64,000 nucleotides of DNA from an uncultured beta proteobacterium. Lineage in GTDB: Bacteria; Pseudomonadota; Gammaproteobacteria; Burkholderiales; Usitatibacteraceae. This document shows, one piece after another, positions 48,966 to 61,366 of the stretch (the stretch's first letter is position 1; every line of letters starts with the position of its first letter). The notes beneath the pieces are model-generated. The model saw nothing but the letters and a program-made list of their open reading frames with translations. It was not told where the DNA came from and did no database searches. The position numbers and the translations under genes were made by a program. The stretch spans positions 923 through 64,922 of the forward strand of contig CAVWUN010000003.1 of the NCBI GenBank assembly GCA_963758215.1. Direction: 5' to 3'.

Positions 48966-49773
48966 ATACGAGTTCATGCGCACCGCATTCATGGCGGGCG
49001 GCGTGGTGGCAATCGTCGCCGGAGCGGTGGGATTCTTCCTCGTCTTGCGCAACCTCACCTTCGCGGGGCACGCGCTGTCGCACGTGGGATTCGCGGGGGC
49101 CGCCGGCTCGGTTCTCATCGGCCTGAGCCCCTTGTGGGGATTGCTGTGCTTCACGCTCGCCGCGGCGGTCGCGATGGGGCTGCTCGGCGAGCGCCTGCGC
49201 GGGCGCGACGTCGCCGTGGGCATCATCCTGTCGCTGTCGCTCGGGTTCGGGGTTCTCTTCCTCTACCTGTACTCCACGCACGCGACCCAGGCCACCGCGA
49301 TCCTGTTCGGCAACGTGCTGGGCATCGCGCCCGCAACGGTCTGGACTCTGCTCGCCTTGAGCGGCGCGAGCCTGGTTGCGCTCGCCGCAATGTCCCGGCC
49401 GCTGCTCTTCGCCACGCTCGCGCCGGAAATGGCCGAGGCCAAGGGCGTATCGCTGCGGCTGGTGTCGGTGCTGTTCCTCGCGATCGTCGCCGTCGCGGTC
49501 GCCGAGGCGGCGCAGGTAGTGGGCGTGCTGCTCGTGTTCGCGCTGATGGTCGGACCGGCGGCCGCGGCGCAGCGCCTGACCTCGCGCCTCGCCCCGGGCA
49601 TCGCCCTGTCCGTGGCGCTCGCGTTGGCCGAGACCTGGCTCGGCATCGCCCTCGCCTATGTCACCGACTGGCCGGCCACCTTCTGGATCGTGCTCGTCAG
49701 CTGCGCGGCGTATTTCCTCGCCCTGGCGCGCCCGATGAACGCGGCGCCCCCGGAGGCGGGCCACGCCGCGTAG
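48958..49773 (+). CDS. Metal ABC transporter permease (ZnuB/ABC-3 family)
   Basis: FAGHALSHVGFAG, ILFGNVL, VGVLLVFALMV.P. Confidence 0.9.
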   Translation: MLEYEFMRTAFMAGGVVAIVAGAVGFFLVLRNLTFAGHALSHVGFAGAAGSVLIGLSPLWGLLCFTLAAAVAMGLLGERLRGRDVAVGIILSLSLGFGVLFLYLYSTHATQATAILFGNVLGIAPATVWTLLALSGASLVALAAMSRPLLFATLAPEMAEAKGVSLRLVSVLFLAIVAVAVAEAAQVVGVLLVFALMVGPAAAAQRLTSRLAPGIALSVALALAETWLGIALAYVTDWPATFWIVLVSCAAYFLALARPMNAAPPEAGHAA

Positions 49774-49785
49774 CGCGCTCAGGGA

Positions 49786-50325
49786 TCACTTCACGGTCGC
49801 CGCCCCAGCCTTGCAGGCGACCTCGTCCTGCGAGCCGGTGCCGCCCGAGCAGCCGATCGCACCGATGATCTTGCCGGCTTCGGCGAGCGGTATGCCGCCG
49901 CGCGAAGCGATGACCCCGTCGAGTGTGAGGAGATACTTGAAGTCGCCGAGCTGGATGCCGTTCTCGAACGCCTTGGTTTCACGGCGGTACGTTGCCGAGG
50001 CCCTTGCCTTGTGCTCCGAGATCTGGATCGAGGCGAGCTGCGCGCCGTCCATGCGTTGGAAAGCCACCAGGTTGCCGCCCGAATCCACGACGGCGACATT
50101 CATTTTCCAGTCGTGCCTTTTCGCCTCGGCCACCGCGGCGGCGATAGCGGCCTCGGCGTGCTCGAGCGAGATCGGGGTGCCGTAGGGCACATCGAAGGGC
50201 ATCTTGTCCGGCACGGTGTCGAGGGGATTGTGCACCGGCGGCGATTGGGCGCGAATCGGACTCGCGGCGAGCAGGGCTCCCGCAAGGACGGCGACAGAAA
50301 CGGAGACGGCTCGATTCGGTGACAT
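49786..50325 (-). CDS. Exported GlcG/HbpS-family heme-binding protein
   Basis: Signal peptide, VAVVDSGG, RMDGA, KARAS, GGIPL, GAIGCSGGT..QD. Confidence 0.88.
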   Translation of the reverse strand: MSPNRAVSVSVAVLAGALLAASPIRAQSPPVHNPLDTVPDKMPFDVPYGTPISLEHAEAAIAAAVAEAKRHDWKMNVAVVDSGGNLVAFQRMDGAQLASIQISEHKARASATYRRETKAFENGIQLGDFKYLLTLDGVIASRGGIPLAEAGKIIGAIGCSGGTGSQDEVACKAGAATVK

Positions 50326-50453
50326 CTTGGTTCTCCTCCGAGCATTCGAATGCGGTGAAAAGGGGCTGGCTGTGGGATGCCGCCGCCATACTCTCACGAA
50401 CCGCAGGCTGCCGAAACATGGACGAGGCGCGCGACGACGCGAAGGCGTGCCGA

Positions 50454-53400
50454 TCACGCCGTGCGCACCGCGACCTCCACTCGATGCTCCGCCCGGTCGT
50501 CCACAAGGCGCGCGCGGCCGTCGGCTTGCGCGACGCCATCCAACGACACGCTCGTCTCGCCCGATGTTTCGCCCGCCGCGGCAGGTTCGCGGCGCACCGC
50601 GATCTCGTAGACGGTCGCGCCGTACCGGTAGCGCATCGTGAATGCGGTCCAGTGCGCCGGCAGGAGCGGCGCGAAGCGCAGTCGATCCCCTTCGACGCTT
50701 AGTCCGAGCAGCGATTCCACGATGAGGCGGTACATCCAGCCGGCCGAGCCCGTGTACCAGGTCCAGCCGCCGCGGCCGGTGTGCGGCGCTACCGCGTAGA
50801 CGTCGGCGGCGATCACGTACGGCTCCACCTTGTAGGTCGCGACGTCCTCCGGCGTGCGCGCGTGGTTGACCGGGTTGATCATCGTCGCGAGCTCCCACGC
50901 GCGGCGTGCGTCGCCCAGCGCCGCGAACGCCATCGCCGCCCAGATCGCGCGCGTGCGTGTACTGGCCGCCGTTCTCGCGCACGCCGGGCACATAGCCCTT
51001 GATGTAGCCGGGATCGAGGCTCGACGTGTCGAACGGCGGATCGAGCAGCTGGATCAGCGCGTCGTCGCGGCGCACGAGCCGCTCGTCGACCGCGTCCATC
51101 GCCGTGCGCGCGCGCTCGGCATCGCCCGCGCCCGACAGCACCGACCAGCTCTGCGCGATCGAATCGATCTGGCATTCGGCGTTGCTCGCCGAGCCCAGCG
51201 GCGTGCCGTCGTCGAAGTAGGCGCGCCGGTACCACGCGCCGTCCCAGCCGTGCTGCTCGAGATTGCGGCGCAGCTTGTCGCGCCTCGGCCTCGCAGCGCT
51301 CGGCGAAGGCCGCGTCGCCTCGCGCTGCGCGCGACCTCGGCGAACTGCGTCGAGCACGTCGCACAGGAAGAAGCCGAGCCAGACGCTTTCGCCCTTGCCC
51401 TTGCTCGCCGACCAGGTTCATGCCGTCGTTCCAGTCGCCGGAGCCCATCAGCGGCAGGCCGTGCGCGCCGAAGCGCAGGCCGTGCAGGATCGGCGCGCAC
51501 GCAGTGCTCGTAGAGCGCTGGCCGCTTCCGCGGACCGGCGCGGCAGGTCGTAGTAGGAGTCCTCGCTCGGCGTTGACCGGGCGGCCCTCGAGGAACGGGA
51601 CCGGCTCGTCGAGCACGCCGCTGTCGCCGGTCGCCTCGCACGTAGCGGCACGTCGCCAGCGGCAGCCACAGGTAGTCGTCCGAGCAGTGCGTGCGCACGC
51701 CGCGGCCCGACGGCGGATGCCACCAGTGCTGGACGTCGCCTTCCGCGAACTGGCGGCTCGCGCAGCGCAAGCAGGTGCTCGCGCACGAGCGCCGGGCTCG
51801 GCGTGGACCAGCGCCATCACGTCCTGCAGCTGGTCGCGGAAGCCGAAGGCGCCGCCCGACTGGTAGAAGCCGCTGCGCGCCCAGAGGCGGCACGCCAGCG
51901 TCTGGTAGAGCAGCCAGCCGTTGGCCAGCACGTTGAGCGACGCGTCCGGGCGTTTCCACCTGCACCGCGCCGAGCGTGCGCTTCCAGTGCGCGCGCACCG
52001 CCTCGAGCGCGCCGTGCGGCGGCGGCCGGTCCCGCGGAAGCGCTGCACGAGGCGCGCTCGCGTCGTCGGCATTGCGGCCCGACGCCGAGCCGGAAGACGA
52101 TCTCGCGCTCCTCGCCGTCGGCCAGCTCGAACGCGACCTGGATCGCGCGCGCAGGGATCGAGCGCCGCGCCCACCCTGCCCGACAGCCGCGCGCGCGCCA
52201 TCGCCGCCGGATTGCGCGAGCGCGCCGTTGCGGCCGAGGAACTCGGTGCGGTCGCCGGTCACGCTGCGCGCGGCATCGTCCGACGTCGAAGAACGCGACG
52301 CGCTCGGCGAACTCGGTGTTGTAGGCGTTGCGCGCGAACAGCGCGCCGCTCTTCGGCGTCGATCTCGGTGATCACGTGCATCGCCGTCTTCGGCGCGCAG
52401 GTCGCCCAGCACCCATTCGACGTAGCCGGTGGCGGAGAGCCGGCGCGGCCGGCCCGAGTGCGTTGCGCACCTTCAGCACCGCGAACTTGACCGGCGCGTC
52501 GATCGCCACGATACACCGCACAGCTCGGAGCGATGCCGTCCTCGCTGTGCTCGAAGACGCTGTAGCCGAAGCCGTGCCGCGTGACGTAGGCGCCGGCGCC
52601 GCGGCGCGGCAGCGGCGTCGGGCGACCAGAAGTGGCCGCGTCTCCTCGTCGCGCAGGTAGAACGCCTCGCCGCTCGCGTCGCTCACCGGATCGTTGTGCC
52701 ACGGCGTGAGGCGGAACTCGTGGGCGTTCTCGCTCCAGGTGTAGCGCGATGCCCGCTCTCCGAGATCACGCGTGCCGAAGTGCGGGTTCGCGAGCACGTT
52801 GACCCAGGGCGCCGGCGTCGCCTCGCCCGCCGCGCGTCGTGATGACGTACTCGCGCCCGTCGGGCGTGAAGCCGCCGAGCCCGTTGAACGAGGATCAGAT
52901 CGCGCGCGGCGGCGCGCGACGGCGCGCGGTGTCGACCGGCGCTGGCTGCGCGTCGGCACGAGGCGCGGCACGCGCGCCTCCGCGGCGCCGCGGCGCGTCG
53001 ACCTGCTCGGCGAGCGCTGCCCGCGCCGGTCGGTGATGATGGCGCGCGCCACCGTCTGCAGCAGGATGCGGTCCTCCTCCGCGATCTGCTCCGCGCGCCG
53101 CACGAAGATGCCGCCCGGCCGGTCGATCACGTGCGCTTCGACGCCCGCGGCGATCAGCCCCATGATCTGGTCCTGCAGCACGCTGCCGGTAGCCGCCGCG
53201 ATCCTCGTTCCAGATCACGAGATCGACGGCCAGCCCCTTCAGGCGCCAGTACGCGTGCGCCTGCACGAGCTGGCGCACGAGGTCGATGTTGTCCGCGTCG
53301 CCGATCTGCAGCAGCACGATCGGCAGGTCGCCCGAGATCGCGTAGCCCCACAGCCCCGACTGCCCGCGCCGGTTCCTGAGCGAGGACGCCCGGCTCCGCG

Positions 53401-56400
53401 CGCAGCGACGCATTGGCGTAGATCACCGAGCTCGGCGAGGCGCGCCGTAGAGCTGCGCGTCGGCCTCGGTGGCATTGATCTGGCGCAGCACCACCTGGCT
53501 GTGCGTCCACGCCAGCTCGAACACGCGATCGGCGAGGTGCCGGTCCTGGTATTTCTCGACCAGCCCCAGCGCGGCCTCGCGCGTCTCGGCCGACGCCGGA
53601 GACGATGTCGATCGTCGCCGTCTGCTCCGGCTCGAGCGTCGATGCGATGGCGGATCGCGACGATCGGATCGAGCACCGAGCCCTCGCTGCCCGACAGCGC
53701 TGCCGGCGTCGGTCATCGCCTGCGGCGCGGCGACGCGTGCGGCCGCGACCGATGAAGCGCATGCGATCGGTCTCGTAGGAGACGTCCGCGCGACTCGGCG
53801 CCGTGCACCGCCATCAGGTGGAACATCCACGGCGGCTGCTCGTCGCGCGAGCGCGGCCGGCGCGTGCACAGGATCGCCTGGCGCGCCGCGCACGATCTCG
53901 GTCTGCACGAACAGATTGCTGAACGCCGGATGCAGCGCGTCCGCGGCCGGCGGCGCCAGCACGACCTCCGCGTAGCTCGTGACCTCGATCGTCGCGCCGC
54001 GTGCGCGAGCGGTTGGTGATGCGGACGCGGCGCAGCTCGATGTCGTCTTCCGGCGAGACGGCGATCTCGGTGTGCGTCTCGATGTCGTCGTCGCGGCGGC
54101 GGAATTCGGCGCGCGCCTTCGGTGAAGATCGCCTCGTAGTGCGTCGGCGCGCTTGCAGCGTCGGCTGGTGCGCGGTCGACCAGAACTCGCCGCTCGCCAC
54201 GTCGCGCAGGTAGCAGAACGTGCCCCAGTTGTCGCACGTGGCGTCTTCGCGCCAGCGCGTGACCGCGAGGTCCTTCCAGCGGCTGTAGCCGCCGCCCGCG
54301 TTCGTGACCATGACGTGATAGCGGCCGTTCGACAGCAGCTGCACTTCCGGCATCGGCGTGTCGGGGCTGTCGAAGCACGCGCACCGGCGTCTCCGGCGCC
54401 GCTCGGCGATCGCGCGCATCGTCGACAAGCTCGGCGGCGTGCGAGTAGAGCGCGCGCGGCCTTCGGCACGCGCTCCTGCAGCAGCAGCAGGCGTCGCCTG
54501 GAACAGCGGATCCGACTCGAAGCGCCTCTGCATCGGCCGGTCGAGCAGCACGTAGCGCCAGCGACAGCAGGCTCATGCCCTGGTGATGCGCCATGAACGA
54601 GCGCACGACGGCGCTGGTCTGCCCGCGCGGCAGGCGCGCCGGCGTGTAGTCGATCGCCTCGTAGAAGCCGAATCGCCCGGCGAGCCCTTCGGCCGCGAGC
54701 CGCTGCAGGTTGCGGCACGCTGCCTCGGGCGCGACCATCAGCGCCAGCGCCGACGCGTACGGCGCGACGACCAGGTCCTCGGCGAGCCCGCGCTTGAGTC
54801 CCAGGCCCGGCACGCCGAACGCGCGGTACTGGTAGTTGAGGCTCGCGTCGACCGCGTTGTAGCCGGATTCCGAGATGCCCCACGGCACGCCGCGCTGCTT
54901 GCCGTACTCGATCTGCCGCTCCACCGCCGCGCGGCAGGTCTGGTCGAGCAGCGTGTTCTCGTAGGTCGGCATCACCAGCAGCGGCATCAGGTACTCGAAC
55001 ATCGAGCCGCTCCACGACAGCAGCACCGGCTCGCCCGCCGGCGGTCGTGAGCAGGCGCCCGAGCGCGAACCAGCTCTCCTGCGGCAGCTGGCCCTGCGCG
55101 ATCGCCGACGAAGCTGCGCGAGCCGCGCCTCGGAGGCGAGCAGGTCGTAGTAGCTCGCGTCGCGCCGGCGCTCGCTCGACGTTGTAGCCGATGGCGAGCA
55201 GGTGGCGCGCCTGGTCGTAGAGGAAGTCGTACTCCATGCGCGCGAGCTCGTCGCACTGCAGCGCCAGGCGCTCGATCGCGCGATGCGCTCCGCAGCGCGC
55301 TGGCGCGCCTGCGGCCGGCACGCTCGAGCTCGAGCCATGCGCCGTGCGCCGCGCAGGCGTCGCGCCGCTGTCGACGCCCGCGAGCTCGCCGCCAGCGTCG
55401 GCAGCTCGCGCAGCGTCGGCATCCGCGCGCAGCCGGGAAGTCGTCGCAGCTCGTCGCTGCAGGCTGCGGCCACTGGCGCGAGCGAGGCCAGCGCATCGGC
55501 TCGCAGACAGGCTCGCCGACGTCGCTCGCGTCGGGCACCGCAGCGGCGACGGAATCGCGCCGGGCACCCGCGCTCGATGCGGCGACGCTCGGCGATGCTC
55601 GCGTCCAGCCGCTCGAGCGCACTGCGCGCGCCGCGTCGATCGTCGCGGGCGCGAGTCGGTACGCGCGGCGTCCAGATCGCGCTCGCAGGCGAGCCAGCGG
55701 CGCTGCCGGCGTCGCGCCCGCCGCGTCGCCGAGCACGCGCAGCGTGTCGCCCAGGCCCTCGAACCATCGCGGCGTCGACGATCGGCGTCGTCGGCAAGCG
55801 CGAGCAGGCCCGGCCGCAACGTCAGCAGATGGCCCGCGAGGTTGCCGCTGTCGACCGTCGAGACGTAGCGCGGCGGCAGCGGCTGCAGCGTCTGCGTGTC
55901 GTACCAGTTGTAGAAGTGGCCCTCGTAGCGCTCCAGCGCTGCCATCGTGCCCATCGCGTTCGTCGTGCGCTCGACGAGCTGCCCGGCCGGGACGTAGCCG
56001 AAGTCGTAGGCCGCCAGGTTCGCGAGCAGCGCCAGGCCGATGTTCGTCGGCGACGTGCGATGCGCGACGCGTCGGCGCCGGGATGCTCCTGGAAGTTGTC
56101 CGGCGGCAGCCAGTGGTCGTCCGGGCCGACGAAGGTCTCGAAGAACGCCCAGGTCCTGCGCGCGAGCTTGCGCAGGAAGTGCGTCTGCTCGGCGGTGAGC
56201 TGCGCCTCGCGGCGACGCGAGCGGCCGGCTGATCCACCAGGCGATGGCCGGCGAGGCGAACCACAGCAGCGAGGATCGGCGCGGCGACGCGCCAGCGCGG
56301 CCGGCGCGGACGCGTCAGCCAGGACCGCCGCGGCCGACGGCGATCGACCGGCGCGATCCACATCGACCGGAGTGACGCCGCGAGACCCGTGCGATGCGTG

Positions 56401-59305
56401 CCTCCGCGCTCGGCGATCGGATCGTCGCTGCCGACGGATTCCATTCGAGCAGGCGGCGCTGCGTGACCAGCATCCGCCACGCGGTGCGCACGATCGCGTC
56501 GAGGCTGACAGTCGCCTCGTACGGCAGGAAGGCGAGCGTCAACAGCGGCCTGCGCGAGCTGCACGGCCGGCCGAGCGCGCCGCGGCCGCGAGATGCTGCC
56601 GCAGCAGCACCTCGGCCGGCTTGCGCAGCACGTCCAGGATCGACGGCGCTCGCGGCGGGAAGCAGCGAGGATCGCGATCACCACCAGCGGTCCACGAGCC
56701 AGGCGTGCGCGCAGCACGGTCCACCCGAGCAGCAGCAGCAGCGTCAACGCCGCCGGCACGAGGCTGCGCCGCAGGTTGTCGAAGATCTTCCACCGCGACA
56801 GCGCCGACAGCGGATTGCGCAGCCGGCGCCCGCCGGGGCCGGGCACGCGCGGCAGCAGCCAGCCCGCAATCTGCCAGTCGCCGCGGATCCAGCGGTGCCG
56901 GCGGCTCACGTCCGCGCTGTAGCGTCGACGGATACTCCTCGAACAGCTGCACGTCGCTCAGCAAGCCCGAGCGCGCGTAGCAGCCCTCGAGCAGGTCGTG
57001 GCTGAGGATGCGGTTCTCGGGAAAGCGCCCGCCGAGCGCCCGCTCGAACGCATCGACGTCGTAGATGCCCTTGCCGATGAACGAGCCTTCGCCGAACAGG
57101 TCCTGGTAGACGTCGGAGACGGCGCGCGTGTACGGATCGATGCCCGGCTCGCCCGCCGAACAGGCGCGCGTACCAGGAGCGGTTCGCGCCCGGCAGGCTC
57201 ACGCCGACGCGCGGCTGCAGGATGCCGTAGCCTCGGTCACGCGGTCGCCGCCTTGCCGCGTCGAAGCGCGCGCGGTTCAGCGGATGCGCCATCGCGCCGA
57301 CGAACTGCCGCGCCGCGTCGCGCGGCAGCTGCGTGTCGGTGTCGAGCGTGATGACGTACTTCACGCTCGGACAGCACCGCGGTGTCGCCGACGACGAGCG
57401 AGAAGCGATCGCGGCGCGCCGCCGCGCAGCAGCGCGTTCAGGTCCGCGAGCTTGCCGCGCTTGCGCTCGCAGCCCATCCACACGCCGCTCCCGCGGATTC
57501 CAGCGGCGCGGACGGTGGAAGAGGAAGAACGTGCCGTGCCTGCCGTCGGGCGTTCGCCGGCGCGGTACTTCTCGTTCAGCGCCTCGATGCCGCTTCGCGG
57601 GCGAGTCGCAGCAGCGGCTCGTCCTCCGGCAGCGTTCTGCGCGGCCGCATCGCGGAAATCGGTCAGCAGGGCGAAGTGCAGATGGTCGTCGCGATTGGCC
57701 AGGAAGCGGACCTCGAGCGCTTCGACCAGGTCCTCGACGCCCTGCGCGCTCGCTGAGCATCGTCGGGACCACGACCAGCGTGCGCGACTGCGGCGGGATG
57801 CCCCGCGGAAAAGTCCATGCGCGGCAACGGTCGCGGCGTCACGAGCAGCGTCGCCAGCCAGTTCACCAGCGCGACCGCCAGCTGGCTCGCGCGCAAGCAG
57901 CAGCGAGGATTCCCAGCGCCACGAGCACGCCATCGGCAAGTCCCTCGCGACGCGCGCTCGCCAGCAGGACCACGGCGAGCGCCGCGGTGCACCAGCGCGA
58001 TCGCGCCCAGGTAGAGCGGCAACGGGATCGCGCCGCGCCATCCTGCGCAACCGCTCGAGGACGGATCGGACGTACCGCCGCCGCGCGCTCGAGGCGCGGC
58101 ACGCCCCTTGTCGATCAGGTAGAAGCCGACGTGGGCGCTGCGGTCGTCGTCGCCGCGCTGCGGCCGTGCCGCGCTCGTCGCGCGCGAGCTCGGATCGCCT
58201 TGCGCGCCACCTCGCTCTCCGACAGGCGGCTCGTCCTCGGCGATCGTCTCGACGACGTGGCGGTAGCGGTCGCGGGTCGCGAAGTCCATCCGGCCGTAGA
58301 GCCCGCCCGGATCCTCGCGCAGCGTCTGCTCGACGACGCTCATCGTCTCGACGAACTCGCGCCAGTCCATCGCGCCCAGGAAGCGCAGGCTGCCGATGCT
58401 GTTGCTGATCGAGACCTGGTCGCCGGCCTGCTCCTGGTTTTCCGACTGGACCAGCTGCTCGATCGTGAGGCCCGACTCGGACAAGCCGCTGCTCGATCCA
58501 GGTCAGCGGCAACGCCAGCGCGGCGCTCTGGCCCTGCAGCCGGCGCGCGAGCTCCGCGACGAAGGAGCTCACCATCGGCGGATTCGAGCGCGCCATGTCG
58601 GCGATCACCAGGATCAGGCTCTTCGGATCGCTGCTCGGCGACCTCCATCATCTGGTCGGCCCAGGCGTCCGCGCGATTGCGGTCGATGCGGCCGGCCGGC
58701 GATCCGCACCGCGACGCGGCGCAGGTTCTCGATCAGCGCCAGGCGCAGCATGATCGGAATCGCCCACAGCTCGCCGAGCTTGAGCGGCGTGACCGTCTGG
58801 TAGGCGGCGACGAAACGGCGACAGGCTCTCCGGCGTCGACCCGGCCGTCGCCGTGCGAGATCATCTCGAGCGCGATGTCGTAGACGCGCGGCAGCCCGGC
58901 CGACGGGCCCGTTCGCCAGGCGCGGCAGCTCGCGGCTGTAGCCCTTCGGCAGGTGCCGCTTGGCCGTGCGGATCTGCTCCTCGATCAGGTAGAAGTTGTC
59001 GAGCAGCCACTCGGCGGCCGGCGTGATGCCGCTGCCTTCCGCGACCGCCGCGGTCAGCAGGTCGCAGACGTCCTCCAGGATCGCCTTCGTTCTCGGCCAG
59101 CCGCGACGAGCAGCTGGTCGCGCGCGCGGCCCGGAACGAGCCGGTGCGCGAGGGCGAGGCTCTTGCCATGCTGCTCCATCTGATCGGCGCTGAACAGCAT
59201 CGATCGCAGCGGAGGCTCATCCGTCGCGAATTTGCCGTGCAGGCCGGCATGGCCGAAGCGCGCCGTGATCTGGAGCCATCGCTCGAAGATCGTCCGCTGG
59301 TCCAC
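50454..59305 (-). CDS. ndvB: Cyclic beta-1,2-glucan synthase/phosphorylase (Cgs/NdvB/ChvB), many frameshifts
   Basis: Fragments [91 protein letters not shown]; GTG 59305 has SD AGGAG. Confidence 0.9.
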
Positions 59306-59455
59306 GCTCGGTTCTCCTATCTGCCTGGTCATTCAAGAGCGAACGGCGCCTTGCGGCGCCGTTCGCTCTCGCGCGATGTCAAGCGGTGCCCGGACTCCCA
59401 CCTCGCCGTTCGACGTCCGTCACGCCCGCATGCAGATAGGCAAGGATCCGTTGCC

Positions 59456-60019
59456 TCAACGCTTGATGCGCGTAATCTTGGTTCCCTCGATGCTGAGGCT
59501 GGCCATGAGTCCCTGCTGGTCGAAGATGAACGCGTAGGCATCGTCTTTCATCGTCGAGGACGACAGATTCTTGGCAACGCCCTCATTGACCACGACCACG
59601 TTCGGTCCCGCGCCGATCGACCATCCGTCCGATTTGCTCAGGTACCGCATGGCCTTGTTGTTCATGAGAAACACGACGTAGGCATACGACTCAGCGCCCG
59701 CCTGCCAGCCCCAGGACGCCGAAACGGAGTTGTAGTACCCGGTGACCTTCGAGCCCTTCATCATGACGCCTTCGCCATAGCTGCCGCCGAATACGAGTCC
59801 CGCCTTGATGACCTTGGGAAAGACCAGGATCGCAGTGGCCTTCTTGGCGACACTTTCGGCAACGGGGTTGTGCTTGTACAGGGTTTGCAGGGCAGCGGCG
59901 GCGTCCCGGTCCAGGTCTTCCGCTGATGCGGCATACGCCTGAACGTTGATTGCGCCGAGCAACAATGTCGCGGCGGCGATGCCGAGGAAACCATGCAGAC
60001 TGCGTCGCATATTGATCAT
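59456..60019 (-). CDS. Ysc84/SYLF-domain exported protein
   Basis: Signal peptide, LVFPKVIKAGLVFGGSYGEG, GWQAGA, GLMASLSIEGTKI. Confidence 0.88.
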   Translation of the reverse strand: MINMRRSLHGFLGIAAATLLLGAINVQAYAASAEDLDRDAAAALQTLYKHNPVAESVAKKATAILVFPKVIKAGLVFGGSYGEGVMMKGSKVTGYYNSVSASWGWQAGAESYAYVVFLMNNKAMRYLSKSDGWSIGAGPNVVVVNEGVAKNLSSSTMKDDAYAFIFDQQGLMASLSIEGTKITRIKR

Positions 60020-60141
60020 TTGCTTTTCCTTTGGGGTAGTCACTAAGTGGTCATCGACTCCGCTCGACAATATCGACGGATGCGAGTTCCCTGTCTTGAG
60101 CGGCGATATTGTTCATTCTGCACCCGCGAGCAGGATCTATC

Positions 60142-60271
60142 TGTTCGATGCCGCACACAGGGAAACGCTTCTTGCGGCGCAGGCGGGCGGGGGCGTCGAG
60201 GGCTGCCGGAGTCCGCGCTACTCGGGCTGTTGGCTGCCCGACAGCTCGCACTCAGTGTTCGACAGCGCACA
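60142..60271. promoter_or_regulatory. Two copies of TGTTCG-N4-CGCACA in a divergent intergenic region
   Basis: 60142-60157 TGTTCG-ATGC-CGCACA and 60256-60271 TGTTCG-ACAG-CGCACA; imperfect palindromes with CRP/FNR-like spacing. Confidence 0.6.
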
Positions 60272-60371
60272 GACCCCTTCGTGCGGGATGACGATAATGT
60301 TCATTGCTGGGGCCGCCGGCCGCACGGAACCCTCCATCGACAAGGGCGGCCGAATGCAAGGAGCATCGAAC

Positions 60372-61254
60372 ATGAATCCCATCACTACTTTTCTGGTCTT
60401 CGTCCTCGTCCTCGCGGGCGTTGCCACGGGCCAATGGGTGAATCCTTACATCGCGCTGGTGTTCTTCGGCGCCGCGGCCGTCGATCGCGCTGTCGCTGAA
60501 GATGGCCAACGTCTGGCAGAAGTTCGTGATCCTGAGGATGGGCAAGCTGCAAAGCGTCAAGGGGCCGGGCATGTTCGCCATCATCCCGGTCCTCGACAGC
60601 GTGGTCGCGGTGATCGACGGACGCATCCAGACCACCGCCTTCAACGCCGAGCAGGCGCTGACCAAGGACACGGTCCCGGTCAACGTCGATGCGATCATCT
60701 TCTGGCACGTGCACGACGCCGAGAAGGCCGCACTGGCCATCACCAATTATCGCGAGGCCATCGACCGGGTCGCGCAGACCTCGCTGCGCGAGATGATCGG
60801 CTCGTCGATGCTGGCGGCGCTGTTGTCGGATCGCAAGGAAGCCGACGAGCAGCTGAAGGATCGAGATCGGTCAGAAGACCGCTCCCTGGGGCATATCGGT
60901 GAGCTCGGTGGAGATCCGCGACGTCGCGATCCCGGAGGCGCTGCAGGATGCCATGTCGCGTCAGGCCCAGGCCGAGCGCGAGAAGCAGGCGCGGGTGATT
61001 CTCGGATCCGCCGAGGCGGCGATCGCCGGCAAGTTCGTCGAGGCCGCCGATATCTACGCCGGCCATCCCGTGGCGCTGCAGCTGCGGGCGATGAACATCA
61101 TCTACGAGACCACGAAGGAGCGCGGCGCCACGATCCTGATGCCGAGCTCGATGGTCGACAGCCTGAACCCTTCGCGACGACCCTGGCGCTCGCGCTCGCG
61201 AGCAAGGGAGCGCAGGATCCGGAGGTCGCCCTTCCGTCCAAGGCAGCGGCCTGA
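60372..61254 (+). CDS. SPFH/band 7 (slipin) membrane protein, frameshifted
   Basis: ALTKDTVPVNVDA, AQTSLREMIG, VEIRDV, RQAQAEREKQAR, ALQLR. Confidence 0.85.
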
Positions 61255-61366
61255 GCCAGGGGCGGGAAGGCGTCTTCCGCAAGAAGGGCGGCGAGGAAAG
61301 GCGACTGAAATGGATGGCGCGTTCCGGTTGTGGGCGTGACCGAAGACCGCGTTGGCGGACGATCGC

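Noticed and set aside
49786-51357. Apparent fusion of glucan phosphorylase to the GlcG domain (523-aa ORF)
   Set aside because: Produced by a frameshift near 50950; the synthase ends at 50454 and GlcG has its own SD, start and signal peptide
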